Position numbers and translations under genes: made by a program
Origin: an uncultured Anaerolineales bacterium
Lineage (GTDB): Bacteria > Chloroflexota > Anaerolineae > Anaerolineales > JABWBV01
Reading direction: 5' to 3'
Assembly (NCBI GenBank): GCA_964489525.1
Contig: CAZAYY010000001.1
Coordinates: 2,248-66,247 of the forward strand
Length of the DNA: 64,000 nt
The notes under the pieces: generated by a model
Database searches by the model: none
What the model saw: the letters and a program-made list of their open reading frames with translations, nothing else
What the model was told of the DNA's origin: nothing
Shown here: positions 41,939 to 51,323 of the stretch, one piece after another
Layout of the letters: each line of letters opens with the position of its first letter
Numbering within the stretch: position 1 is the first letter of the stretch

Positions 41939-42385
41939 ATGAATCAGGCGGAAAAAATTTACAGTGCCCTGGTAAGATCGCACATGCTGCTGAGCGAGAG
42001 CGATGACCGTTTTTTTGAGCGGTATCATCTTGGCAAAACCCGCTATTATGCCTTGCTTCATATTGATCAGCAGCCTGGTATTTCACTCAGTGAATTGAGT
42101 AAGCGCCTGTTGTGCACGAAAGGGAATACGACGCGCATTGTTAGAGGACTCGAACAAGAAGGAATGATTGCTCGCCAGGTGGATCCTCATGATAACCGGG
42201 CAGTGCGCCTGCTGTTAACGGAGCGAGGAGCAAACCTGTTAAAAGATGTAAGTCATGCATACCAGGCTCATAAGCAAACTCTTTTTACCTGCCTGGAAGA
42301 TGGAGCGGCAAACTCTTTGATTGAAAACCTGGAAACGATCAACCGGCACTGTATCACGCTGCTGCGCCCTGAGAAAGGGGGTTGA
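41939..42385 (+). CDS. MarR-family transcriptional regulator
   Basis: The winged HTH reads ISLSELSKRLLCTKGNTTRIVRGLEQEGMIARQVDPHDNRAVRLLLTERG. I chose the start MNQAEK at 41939; the track ORF opens at 41801. Confidence 0.85.
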   Translation: MNQAEKIYSALVRSHMLLSESDDRFFERYHLGKTRYYALLHIDQQPGISLSELSKRLLCTKGNTTRIVRGLEQEGMIARQVDPHDNRAVRLLLTERGANLLKDVSHAYQAHKQTLFTCLEDGAANSLIENLETINRHCITLLRPEKGG

Positions 42386-42410
42386 TTTTTTTACGGTCCT
42401 TACCGTGAAT

Positions 42411-42475
42411 ATAGTTGACATATAAACTATCCGGGTATAAAATCAAAATGGTTTATATATCAACCATTTTGATTT
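42411..42475. promoter_or_regulatory. candidate MarR operator (site B) / large palindrome upstream of the DUF2000 gene
   Basis: The perfect 14-bp inverted repeat AAATCAAAATGGTT (42440-42453) / AACCATTTTGATTT (42462-42475) has an 8-nt loop. The upstream CATATAAACTAT is the reverse complement of the ATAGTTTAT word in site A. Confidence 0.4.
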
Positions 42476-42558
42476 CTCGGCTGAAGTTTTTGTTGGGATA
42501 ACGGACTTATTTACGCAACCAACACAATATCTGAAAACTTGATTCCTGGAGAAGGTTT

Positions 42559-42996
42559 ATGGATGTCAGTCGCTTGCCTGATGAAAACGCCTACCGCTTT
42601 GTGGCGGTGTTGAATAAGAAAATTGAAACCGGCAAACTGATGAATGCCCTGGGGCACATGGCTGCCGGGCTGGCTGGAAAAGTTTGCCAGCAGGAGATGC
42701 ACTTTCTCAACTATCTGGACAAGGATGGGGGCAGCCACCCGGGTATATCTCATTTTCCCTTTATTGCTTTGGTTGCAGATAACTCGAATAAGATCAGAAC
42801 TGCCCGTCAGGAGGCCATTGCCAGGGGCATACCGTTTACCGATTTCACCAGCACCATGACCATCGGCAGCAGCCAGCAGCAATTGGATGCGACCGAGGCA
42901 GCCTCGGAAGCCGAGTTGGAGTATTTCGGACTGTGCTTATTTGGGAAAACGGAAATCCTGCGAGAATTTACCAGCAAATTTTCACTGTTTAAATAG
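42559..42996 (+). CDS. DUF2000-domain protein
   Basis: The segments RFVAVLNKKIETGKLMNALGHMAAGLAG and the C-terminal LEYFGLCLFGKTEILREFTSKFSLFK fit the DUF2000 pattern. Confidence 0.6.
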   Translation: MDVSRLPDENAYRFVAVLNKKIETGKLMNALGHMAAGLAGKVCQQEMHFLNYLDKDGGSHPGISHFPFIALVADNSNKIRTARQEAIARGIPFTDFTSTMTIGSSQQQLDATEAASEAELEYFGLCLFGKTEILREFTSKFSLFK

Positions 42997-43010
42997 GTTG
43001 TGATGCAGCC

Positions 43011-44924
43011 ATGACCCTCGATCAAACACACACGCCCAGGTTGCAGGCTGCACAGTGGCTGCCTTTTGGCGCCATCAAACCCGCCGGGTGGATGCGCGCC
43101 CAGATGGGGCACGATCTAGAACACGGTTTTGTCGGTCATTTGGACGAGCTCGTCCCCGGCCTGTTTGCGCAGGATGATATCTATGGCGCAAACAGGCTGA
43201 CCAAAGCGGCCAAGACCAAGGAACTCGGCGTCGTCGCCAGGGAGACCCGCTGGGAAGTGCAGTTCTTGTGGTGGAACAGCGAAACCCAATCCAACTGGCT
43301 GGATGGCCTGGTGCGCACCGCGCTGCTCACAGAAAATCCGTTTTTTATCGAAAAGGCCCGCACCCGCATTGAACACCTGCTCGCCACCCAGGATGCGGAC
43401 GGCTACCTGGGTATCTATGCCCCTGATTTGCGCTTCAACTTCAGCGGCGAAAACGGTGAATTGTGGGCACAGGCCTCGCTTTTCCGGGTTTTGCTGGGCT
43501 GGTACGAAGCCACCAGGGACGAACGCGTTCTGACAGCCGTCCGGCGGGCGGTGGCGGTGACCATGCGCGCCTATCTGCCCGGGCAATCTCACCCCTTTGA
43601 CGTGAAAGATGACTTTGCCGGGGTTGGGCACGGGCTGGTTTTTACCGATGTCCTCGACCGCCTGTACCAACTCACTGGCGAAGAAGGCTACCTGGCTTAC
43701 GCCCGTTGGCTTTATACCGAATACAGCCGCCAGCCGCTCAGCCAGGATGATCTCCAACTGGCGCATTTGCTGGATCCCGCCTACCGCTTCAAGGCGCACG
43801 GTGTTCACACCTACGAACAGATCCGTTCACTGCTGACCGCGGCTTATGCGATGGATGATCCACAGCTGGAAACAGCGTTGGCTGCGGCGTTGGCCAAACT
43901 CGAAACCTGCCTCACTCCCTCCGGCGGCCCGATGGGTGATGAGTTTATCGACGGGCGCGAAGCTGATGCGGGCGAAACTGGTTACGAATACTGCTCCAGC
44001 CATGAACTGCTCGATACCTACACCCACCTGCTGCAGAAAACCGGCGCAGCGAAGTGGGGCGACCAGATTGAATGGCTGCTCTTCAATGCCGGGCAGGGGG
44101 CGCGCCACCCGAATCAGCCTGCAATTGCCTATCTAAAAACGGACAATTCTTTCTCGATGACCGGCCCGCTCCATCCAGATGATCCGCAAGACCCTGCCAA
44201 CCCGCAAATTCGCTACAAATATTCACCCGCCCACCAGGATGTGGCGGTGTGCTGTGTGCCCAATGCCGGGCGGATTTTCCCGTATTATGTCCGCTCCATG
44301 TGGCTGCGCTCGGAAAATGGGTTGGTGGCAGGCCTGTACGGGGCCTGTGAAATGCAAACCGAGATCCATGGCGTCAGGGTGAGCATCCGCGAGGAAACCC
44401 AATATCCCTTCGATCTGACCATCAACCTATCCCTGCGCCTCGAACAGCCAACCGCATTTGATCTGGCGCTGCGCCTGCCAGCCTGGGCGGATGGATTTGA
44501 ACTGAGTGGCGTCGACAACCATGAAATTCGCGATGGATTCATCTATATCCAGCGCGCCTGGCAAAACGGGGATCACGTTTCCTTGCGCTTTATCACCGGG
44601 GTGAAAACCCACGCCTGGCGAAACAGGGAGGTTTATTTCAGCCACGGCCCGCTGCTGTTTGCGCTGCCGCTGCCGGGAGAATCCAGGCCAGGGCGCAGCT
44701 ACCCGCGGCACGGCTTTCAGGATGAATATGTGGACGCAGCGGGCCGCGACACACCCCACAGCGTAAGCCGCGAGCAAACCTTCAGCCTTGAACAAGGTAT
44801 CTTCCACCCACAGCACCCCTGGGAATCCTTGGCGCTGCGCGGCCTGCTCTCCAACAGCCCGCTACGCCTGGTGCCAATGGGGGGGACGATTCTGCGCCAG
44901 GTCACCTTTCTATTCAAGGAGTAA
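43011..44924 (+). CDS. beta-L-arabinofuranosidase-domain (GH127/GH146-like, DUF1680) glycoside hydrolase
   Basis: The N-terminus reads GAIKPAGWMRAQMGHDLEHGFVGHLDELVP...NWLDGLVRTALL...LLATQDADGYLG. At 637 aa it fits this six-hairpin family by recollection. Confidence 0.55.
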   Translation: MTLDQTHTPRLQAAQWLPFGAIKPAGWMRAQMGHDLEHGFVGHLDELVPGLFAQDDIYGANRLTKAAKTKELGVVARETRWEVQFLWWNSETQSNWLDGLVRTALLTENPFFIEKARTRIEHLLATQDADGYLGIYAPDLRFNFSGENGELWAQASLFRVLLGWYEATRDERVLTAVRRAVAVTMRAYLPGQSHPFDVKDDFAGVGHGLVFTDVLDRLYQLTGEEGYLAYARWLYTEYSRQPLSQDDLQLAHLLDPAYRFKAHGVHTYEQIRSLLTAAYAMDDPQLETALAAALAKLETCLTPSGGPMGDEFIDGREADAGETGYEYCSSHELLDTYTHLLQKTGAAKWGDQIEWLLFNAGQGARHPNQPAIAYLKTDNSFSMTGPLHPDDPQDPANPQIRYKYSPAHQDVAVCCVPNAGRIFPYYVRSMWLRSENGLVAGLYGACEMQTEIHGVRVSIREETQYPFDLTINLSLRLEQPTAFDLALRLPAWADGFELSGVDNHEIRDGFIYIQRAWQNGDHVSLRFITGVKTHAWRNREVYFSHGPLLFALPLPGESRPGRSYPRHGFQDEYVDAAGRDTPHSVSREQTFSLEQGIFHPQHPWESLALRGLLSNSPLRLVPMGGTILRQVTFLFKE

Positions 44925-44926
44925 AG

Positions 44927-46054
44927 ATGTTGCCCACACTGCTTACAGGAACGATCGAGCCGCTCGTTGAACACTTGAAAAAGCACGGACAGGCGCCGGA
45001 AGCTTACCTGCTCCATGTTTTTAAATCTCACGATGTCGTTTTGTTGGCCGAAGAACATGCCATCCGGCATAACCTTGAACTGGCTCAGCGGATGATCCCC
45101 TTACTCTACCAGGCAGGCATATATACCTTTGGCATGGAGTTTGGGGCGAGTGAAGACCAGGCGGAACTGGACGAGTTGGTGACTGGTGCTGCCTATGATG
45201 AAGATACAGCTCGCCGGATCATGTTTCGTTACAACACCGGTTGGGCTTATCAAGAATACCTCGACATTTACCGCACTGCCTGGGCTTTCAACCGCAGCCT
45301 GCCCGCATCGGCCCGCAAATTTCGTATTCTGAACTTGAGTTACCAATACAACTGGGCTGAGGCGCCAGTCGTGCGTACGCCAGCCAATGCCCAGAAAATT
45401 TATCACCGCGGCCCGGTGGATGCATACCGCGCCGCGCTTGTTCGGCGGGAGATATTGGATAAAAACGAGAAAATCCTGATCTTAACCGGCACACCCCATG
45501 CATTTACCCGCTACCGCATCCCGTTTTTTGATTTCAACGCCCCAGATTTTGTGCGTTTTGAAGAACGCAACCTGGGGCAGCTGCTTTACCAGCAGGCCCC
45601 AAAAAAGGTGTTTTGTGTGCTGCTGCACCAGCCATTCGACAGTCTGCACGAGGGAGGAGCGAGAAAGCTATACCCTGCGCGTGGGGCGATTGACCAGGTG
45701 ATGGCCCAATTCCCAGGTCAGGCCAAGGGTTTTGACCTGGTTGGTTCGCCTTTTGGCAACCTGCCGGATGACAGCTACTACGCCAGCGGGTATCAAGATT
45801 TTCAGCTCGCCCAGTTGGCGGACGGTTATATCTATCTCCAACCTTTTGCAGCTTATCAAGGCTGTACCCTGGATGAAGCCTTTCTTACCGAAGCCAATTG
45901 GCCAGAAGCGCAGCGCCAATTCCCCGACCCAGACTGGCATCGCCGCCCACAAACCCTTTCCGAGTATTGGCAGCAAATTCGCGCTTATGTGGACATCCAA
46001 CAGCGCTTGGCCGGACTTGAGCCGCCCCCCTGGTTGACCGGAGGAACACTGTGA
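44927..46054 (+). CDS. hypothetical protein with weak ChaN/Tiki-like resemblance
   Basis: The segment HDVVLLAEEHAIRHNLELAQRMIPLLYQAGIYTFGMEF resembles the ChaN/Tiki (PF04187-type) N-terminal motif. The gene starts 3 nt after the GH127-like stop. Confidence 0.35.
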   Translation: MLPTLLTGTIEPLVEHLKKHGQAPEAYLLHVFKSHDVVLLAEEHAIRHNLELAQRMIPLLYQAGIYTFGMEFGASEDQAELDELVTGAAYDEDTARRIMFRYNTGWAYQEYLDIYRTAWAFNRSLPASARKFRILNLSYQYNWAEAPVVRTPANAQKIYHRGPVDAYRAALVRREILDKNEKILILTGTPHAFTRYRIPFFDFNAPDFVRFEERNLGQLLYQQAPKKVFCVLLHQPFDSLHEGGARKLYPARGAIDQVMAQFPGQAKGFDLVGSPFGNLPDDSYYASGYQDFQLAQLADGYIYLQPFAAYQGCTLDEAFLTEANWPEAQRQFPDPDWHRRPQTLSEYWQQIRAYVDIQQRLAGLEPPPWLTGGTL

Positions 46055-46224
46055 CACACATTTCCCCGGTTGAAATCGAAATCCGCCCCGGGCAGTTGGG
46101 CGATCAGGATGACCCGCAATTTCATGAATTTATCCCAAAACTTCTGGATGTGCCCGCTGCTGAACGCTTTTTTAAAGTCCTGCATCCAGCCGGGGTTCAC
46201 TTTTATCAGATAACTGCTGTATAG
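46051..46224 (+). CDS. possible 57-aa ORF with a GTG start (not in the track)
   Basis: It encodes VTHISPVEIEIRPGQLGDQDDPQFHEFIPKLLDVPAAERFFKVLHPAGVHFYQITAV. The GTGA overlaps the upstream stop, and the ORF fills the gap before the GH38 gene. Confidence 0.3.
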   Translation: MTHISPVEIEIRPGQLGDQDDPQFHEFIPKLLDVPAAERFFKVLHPAGVHFYQITAV

Positions 46225-46232
46225 GAGCTAAG

Positions 46233-49200
46233 GTGCATATGAATCACGCTGTTCGTTGGACTGTTGAAAAGATCACCCAGCGCCTGGATTTAATTGAGCC
46301 GCTGGTCTATCGCCGCCGGGTTGCACTGCCACATTTCTGTTACCAGTTAGTTCCGGCTGGCTTGACCGACCCGGTATCGCTAAACAACCTGCCGGAAAGC
46401 GGCTCGGAGATTGTCCCAGGAACCTATTGGGGGCAGCCTTTTACCAATTTTATCCTGCGCACCACCTTTCAAATCCCCGCTGATTGGGGCGCCGGCCACC
46501 CGTTGGTACTCTATTTGCCGCTTGGTGATGCCAAAAATTTCAGCCACCCCGAAGCATTGGTGTATGTGGATGGGCAGGCCTATGCCAGTGCCGACCGCCA
46601 CCACCAGGAGATTCTGCTGCGTCCGGATTGGGCCGATGGGCAGGCACACGAACTACTTTTACACGGCTGGACAGGGCTTGGCGATCACTGGAACACGGAG
46701 AAGCTGACCCGAATGGTGATGCACACCGCTTACCTGGCGCAGCTCGACCAGCCGGCGCGCCAGTTTACCAGCATCGCGCGTGTGGCGCTTGGCGCAGCCC
46801 GGGTATTGGAAACCAATTATCCCAGCCGTTCCAGCCTGCTCAACGCCCTGGATGCCGCTTTCCGCATTCTTGATACCCGCGAGCCGTTTGGTGAGGCCTT
46901 TTATGCCAGCCTGCCGGCAGCGCAGGCCGCTCTGGCGGATGGTATTGCTGGCGCTGGCGCGCCGCTGGAGGTGCGCCTGACCGCCACCGGTCACGCCCAT
47001 ATTGATGTTGCCTGGTTGTGGACGCTGGATCAGACCCGGCGTAAAGCAGCGCGCACTTTCTACACGGCGCTGCGGCTCATGGAGCAGTTTCCCGCCTATC
47101 ACTTTACCCAAAGTCAGCCTCAGTTATACGAGTTTATCCGGCAGGATCACCCGGCGCTGTTTGAGGCCATTCGCCAGCGAATCGCCGAGGGACGCTGGGA
47201 GCCAATTGGCGGGATGTGGGTTGAGGCAGACTGCAACCTGAGCGGGGCCGAAGCGCTGGCCCGCCAGTTCCTGCTGGGGCGCTCCTATTTCCGCCGGCAC
47301 TTTGGCGCACAAGCCGAATCGCCTGTGTTGTGGCTGCCGGATGTGTTTGGCTATGCCTGGGCGCTGCCGCAGTTGATCAAGCAGGCAGGTCTGGAGTATT
47401 TCTTTACCATCAAATTGGGCTGGAACCAGTACAACCGCATCCCGTATGACAGCTTTTGGTGGCAAGGGCTGGATGGCACTCGCGTCTTGACCCATTTCGG
47501 CACCACCCCTGAAAACAGTTCAACCACGATCGCCACATATAACGCGCCGGCAACACCGGAAGCTGCGCTGAACTCATGGAAGAATTTCCAGCAAAAAGAT
47601 CAGCAGACGGAAGTATTCATGGCCTTTGGTTATGGCGATGGCGGCGGCGGCCCAACCCGCGAGATGTTGGAAAATTTACAGGCGCTCGAACACTTTCCGG
47701 GTATGCCCCAGGTGCGCCAGCGCTCTGCTGGGGAATTCTTCCGTGACCTGGAAGCGAACTCCGGCGCCGGGCTGCCGGTGTGGAACGGCGAGCTGTACCT
47801 TGAATACCACCGCGGCACCTACACCAGCCAGGCGCGCAACAAACGCGCCAATCGCAAAAGCGAATTTGCCCTGCACGATGCCGAATTTCTGGCTTGCCTG
47901 GCCAACTGGTTTGACCCGGCCTACACCTACCCGGCTGAGGTCTTCCAGCAAGCCTGGCAGCTGGTTTGTTTGAACCAGTTCCATGACATCATCCCCGGCA
48001 GCAGCATTGGCGAAGTGTATCAGGAGTCACAGGCGCAGTATGCCCAGGTGCAGCAAATCGTCTCCTCTGCCAGTGCTCAGGCCCTGGCCACCATCGCCAA
48101 CAGGTTGGGGGGTGAAGTGCTGCTGGTTAATCCAACCAGTTTCATTCAATCTGGCCCCGTTGTCGTTCCAGGTGTATTTGACACGGGTTTGGCGCTGCGG
48201 GGGCGGGCGCTGCTTACCCAGCCGGTTGAAGTGGGCCTGCTGGTGGATGCCGGGGAACTGCCGCCCTACAGCGTAACCTTGCTGGAGACTGCGGCGGCTT
48301 CCCCCGCTTTCCCGGACCCGCATGCTGACAGCCAGGAGCCGCTTTGCCTGGAAAACGATTGCTTGCGGGTGGAATTCACCCCTGCCGGGGATATCAGTCG
48401 CATTTTCGACAAGGCCAACCAGCGCGAAGTGCTACCTGAAGGCGTGCTCGCTAACCAGTTTCAGGCTTTCGAAGATCGTCCCAAGTTTTGGGATGCCTGG
48501 GATATTGATATTTTCTATGATGACCGGGTGTGGCTGGCCGAACCGGCGTCTGCGCTGCGTTGGGTGGAGCGCGGCCCGCTGCGCTGGACGGTTGAAATTC
48601 CCCGGCGCATTTTGAACAGCACCTATTCCCAGCAGATATCGCTCCAGCGCGGCTCTGCTCGCCTGGATTTTGACACAAGCCTCGATTGGCGCGAGCGGCA
48701 TATCCTGCTCAAAGTAGCCTTTCCGGTAGAAATCCTTTCGCCTGTGGCCACCTATGATATCCAATGGGGCAATGTTCAGCGCCCAACCCACCGCAACACC
48801 AGTTGGGATTGGGCGCGCTTTGAAACCTGTGCCCACAAGTGGGTGGACCTCAGCGAAGGCGGTTACGGCGTCAGCCTGCTGAATGACTGCAAGTACGGGC
48901 ACGACATTCACGATAACGTACTGCGGCTCAGCCTGCTGCGCTCGCCTACTATCCCCGATCCCGAAGCTGACCAGGGCAACCATCGCTTCACCTACAGTTT
49001 ATTACCCCACAGTGGAACCTGGGAAGGCAGCACCCCGGCGCAAGCCTATGCCTTGAATGATCCCGTCATCGCCTTTGTCTCTGCACCCCAAAACCGGGCA
49101 AAACATCCTGCCGAGATGCAGTCTTTTGTGCAGGTTTCCGATCCGCATGTGATTATCGAAACCGTCAAGCGTGCCGAAGATGGACACGGGTACATTGTCC

Positions 49201-49388
49201 GGCTGTACGAGAATCAGCGGCGGCGCGGCGAGATTACCCTGCAGACGGTATTTTCGCTGGCCAGCGTTCACCGGTGTACCTTGCTCGAAGAGAACCAGGA
49301 GCCGCTTGCGCACCTGGACACCCTGGTGCGCTTCACGATCAAACCCTATGAAATCGTCACCTTACGGCTTGTTGTTAAGAAGGGGTAA
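46233..49388 (+). CDS. GH38 alpha-mannosidase
   Basis: The motifs TGHAHIDVAWLW, QPQLYEF, EPIGGMWVEADCNLSGAE and PDVFGY are present. The 1051-aa size is typical of bacterial GH38. Confidence 0.85.
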   Translation: MHMNHAVRWTVEKITQRLDLIEPLVYRRRVALPHFCYQLVPAGLTDPVSLNNLPESGSEIVPGTYWGQPFTNFILRTTFQIPADWGAGHPLVLYLPLGDAKNFSHPEALVYVDGQAYASADRHHQEILLRPDWADGQAHELLLHGWTGLGDHWNTEKLTRMVMHTAYLAQLDQPARQFTSIARVALGAARVLETNYPSRSSLLNALDAAFRILDTREPFGEAFYASLPAAQAALADGIAGAGAPLEVRLTATGHAHIDVAWLWTLDQTRRKAARTFYTALRLMEQFPAYHFTQSQPQLYEFIRQDHPALFEAIRQRIAEGRWEPIGGMWVEADCNLSGAEALARQFLLGRSYFRRHFGAQAESPVLWLPDVFGYAWALPQLIKQAGLEYFFTIKLGWNQYNRIPYDSFWWQGLDGTRVLTHFGTTPENSSTTIATYNAPATPEAALNSWKNFQQKDQQTEVFMAFGYGDGGGGPTREMLENLQALEHFPGMPQVRQRSAGEFFRDLEANSGAGLPVWNGELYLEYHRGTYTSQARNKRANRKSEFALHDAEFLACLANWFDPAYTYPAEVFQQAWQLVCLNQFHDIIPGSSIGEVYQESQAQYAQVQQIVSSASAQALATIANRLGGEVLLVNPTSFIQSGPVVVPGVFDTGLALRGRALLTQPVEVGLLVDAGELPPYSVTLLETAAASPAFPDPHADSQEPLCLENDCLRVEFTPAGDISRIFDKANQREVLPEGVLANQFQAFEDRPKFWDAWDIDIFYDDRVWLAEPASALRWVERGPLRWTVEIPRRILNSTYSQQISLQRGSARLDFDTSLDWRERHILLKVAFPVEILSPVATYDIQWGNVQRPTHRNTSWDWARFETCAHKWVDLSEGGYGVSLLNDCKYGHDIHDNVLRLSLLRSPTIPDPEADQGNHRFTYSLLPHSGTWEGSTPAQAYALNDPVIAFVSAPQNRAKHPAEMQSFVQVSDPHVIIETVKRAEDGHGYIVRLYENQRRRGEITLQTVFSLASVHRCTLLEENQEPLAHLDTLVRFTIKPYEIVTLRLVVKKG

Positions 49389-49439
49389 CGCGATGATCAC
49401 TGGAGAGAACGGGCGAGTTGATGTTTATTAAACCCTCCT

Positions 49440-50260
49440 CACCTCTCAGCGCTTCTGCTTTGAGGTGGAGCGTCCGCACTACCCGGTTCCTGGCAACGCG
49501 CACATTTTTTGTGTGGCGTCCCTTGTCGCTGGAGTGAATCATCTTAAGATCGCTCATTTGACTATACAGGGATGCATTGATTAAGTTATTCAGTCCCTCC
49601 GGCCCTAGCACGCGCTCCACAGCCAGCCGGTTGCGCGCTTGTACCTCAAAGTGCGCTACGTTAGCCTGCGCGACCTGAGCCGCGCCCTGCCCAGCCCGGA
49701 GCGCTTCAGCGCCAACAAAGTCGCCCTCCCCGGCCACCCTCTCTGGCAGGCTAGTCACTTTCGACGAGCGCTGCCATGTCCAGGCCGAAGTCCTGGCCGC
49801 CCATTTCCCCGATTCCCAAAGGGAGGTCAAGCTGAACCCCAATCCACCTCCCACAAAGTCGCCTGATATGCGCGTGTCCCTCCCCCTGCCCGCTGCGCTT
49901 AGCCCAGCCAGCCCCCCGGCTGACCGATCCGGGCAAACAGCGCCGGGCGCTGACTCCCCTGCCGCCGCTGCCGGGAGACCTCGGCTACTACCTGCTGGTT
50001 TCCGGGCAGCAGGGGGCTGGTGCATGTGGGTAGTTGCAAGGCCGGGCTGTTGTGCGGCCAGCGCCAGCGGGGGTGTGGGCTGCACCTGAGGTGATCGCCG
50101 TCGAGCAGGCACTTTGTGTGCGCTGTGCGCAGGTGGCGGGGCTACCCGCCCTGTTTGCCGCCCGGCAGGCCGCGTTTGAGCGGCAGTTCCCGGAGTATGC
50201 CGGGTGAAAGCGGCCTGCTGCGCCGCAGCCCCTCGAGCCAGGGCCCTTGCGCCGCAAGGC
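49440..50260 (+). pseudogene. frame-broken remnant(s) of unidentified gene(s)
   Basis: Protein-like stretches switch frame or hit stops. Examples: KVRYVSLRDLSRALPSPERFSANKVALPGHPLWQ; VTFDERCHVQAEVLAAHFPDSQREVKLNP; and LTPLPPLPGDLGYYLLVSGQQGAGACG*LQGRAVVRPAPAGVWAAPEVIAVEQALCVRCAQVAGLPALFAARQAAFERQFPEYAG*. No frame is coherent for long. Confidence 0.3.
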
Positions 50261-50488
50261 GCAATGCTGGCCCGCAGCGGGACGCTAGTCCCGGGCGAGG
50301 GGGGCGCAAGGCGCTTTGGCCGCTGGCAGAATACAAGTTATCCACAGATGGACGCAGATTTGCGCAGATGCAGATCAGGAGAAAAGAAGATGGAGATACA
50401 AGTTCAAGGTGCCTCGACATGCACCCTCAACGCCGGGCGTGTGTTGGAAACCCAGGCCGGGTAGGCGCTCATCCAGCTGCCGCAGCGC

Positions 50489-50746
50489 TTGTTATTCGAT
50501 CAGGTGTTGGACTGGCTGGAGCAGCAGCTGAAGGTCGAGACAGGCGGCAATTCGGACAATCGCTCGGTCACAAATCTCAAGGGATATAACGAAGAGCCAG
50601 CCTGGTCTCCTGATGGTAAGTGGATTGCTTTTTGGTCGACCCATACTGGAGACCGGGAAATATTGTTGACCAACCTGGATGGGAGCATCCTGTTCAACTT
50701 GACCAACACTCCAGGCGCAGATGAATTGCCTGATTGGACTCCATAG
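50489..50746 (+). pseudogene. C-terminal fragment of a TolB-like PD40 beta-propeller protein
   Basis: The sequence EEPAWSPDGKWIAFWSTHTGDREILLTNLDGSILFNLTNTPGADELPDWTP is a PD40-type repeat and a half. There is no credible N-terminal part upstream. Confidence 0.5.
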
Positions 50747-50769
50747 CTAAAGCCGGTGTTAGATTTATA

Positions 50770-50807
50770 GAGGGTGTGATGGCAGCTTACGCCACCATCA
50801 CACCCTC
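50770..50807. other. strong isolated stem-loop
   Basis: The perfect 13-bp inverted repeat GAGGGTGTGATGG (50770-50782) / CCATCACACCCTC (50795-50807) has a 12-nt loop. No adjacent U-tract is present on either strand. Confidence 0.4.
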
Positions 50808-50926
50808 CAATAACACCATTGGAGTGCCCCTCCAGCTTTGGAACGATCACCCCTGGCATCAAATCATGGTAAAATGGTCCCAGCAGTGCCGCAGAGCAGT
50901 GCGCAAAATGTAGATAAGGCAAGACC

Positions 50927-51024
50927 ACTTTACCGGCGGCTTTCTTCGTAGAGGTGCAAAATCCCGCGGAGAAGTTTTTGTTTGTTAATCAACAGGTAAG
51001 AATCATGGATACTCCCACCCCCCG
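50927..51024 (+). repeat. copy 2 of the ~98-nt direct repeat (partner at 23177-23275)
   Basis: See copy 1. Here the repeat runs into the start of the DUF2292-like ORF (ATG at 51005). Confidence 0.8.
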
Positions 51025-51250
51025 CAAATCGCTTCCTGTCGGACGCTCCCGGCCTGGGCACACGCCTTTAAAAGGAAGTGAAGCCCTGCGTTGTTTGAAC
51101 CCTGAGCAGGTTCGAATGATAGATGCTGCCCTGGCAGACCTGGGTGAATATGGTGAACTGCACCTGGTGATCGAAAAAGGGCGCCTGCGATTTTTGATCG
51201 TTCAGAAAAGTATTGATGCGCTCAAGTGGCAGAGCGCAGAAGTGGAATAA
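51005..51250 (+). CDS. small DUF2292 (YezD)-like protein
   Basis: The segment LADLGEYGELHLVIEKGRLRFLIVQKS resembles the YezD/DUF2292 core (G.v.l.v..Gr....v.k). A GTG start at 50954 is also possible. Confidence 0.4.
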   Translation: MDTPTPRKSLPVGRSRPGHTPLKGSEALRCLNPEQVRMIDAALADLGEYGELHLVIEKGRLRFLIVQKSIDALKWQSAEVE

Positions 51251-51323
51251 GTCTGGGCAATGTTGAATCGTTTTGATTGGCAGGTTGGCTGCTTCTAAGG
51301 CCAACCCCACATCCGGAGTTTTG

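Noticed and set aside
49375-50112. 245-aa minus-strand ORF
   Set aside because: It is Ala/Gly/Arg/Pro-rich and lies in a region where every frame is broken. It has no start context or motif. It is more likely an artefact over decayed DNA.
51095-51110. tRNA-like GGTTCGAAT word
   Set aside because: There is no acceptor, D-arm or anticodon arm around it. It lies inside the DUF2292-like ORF.
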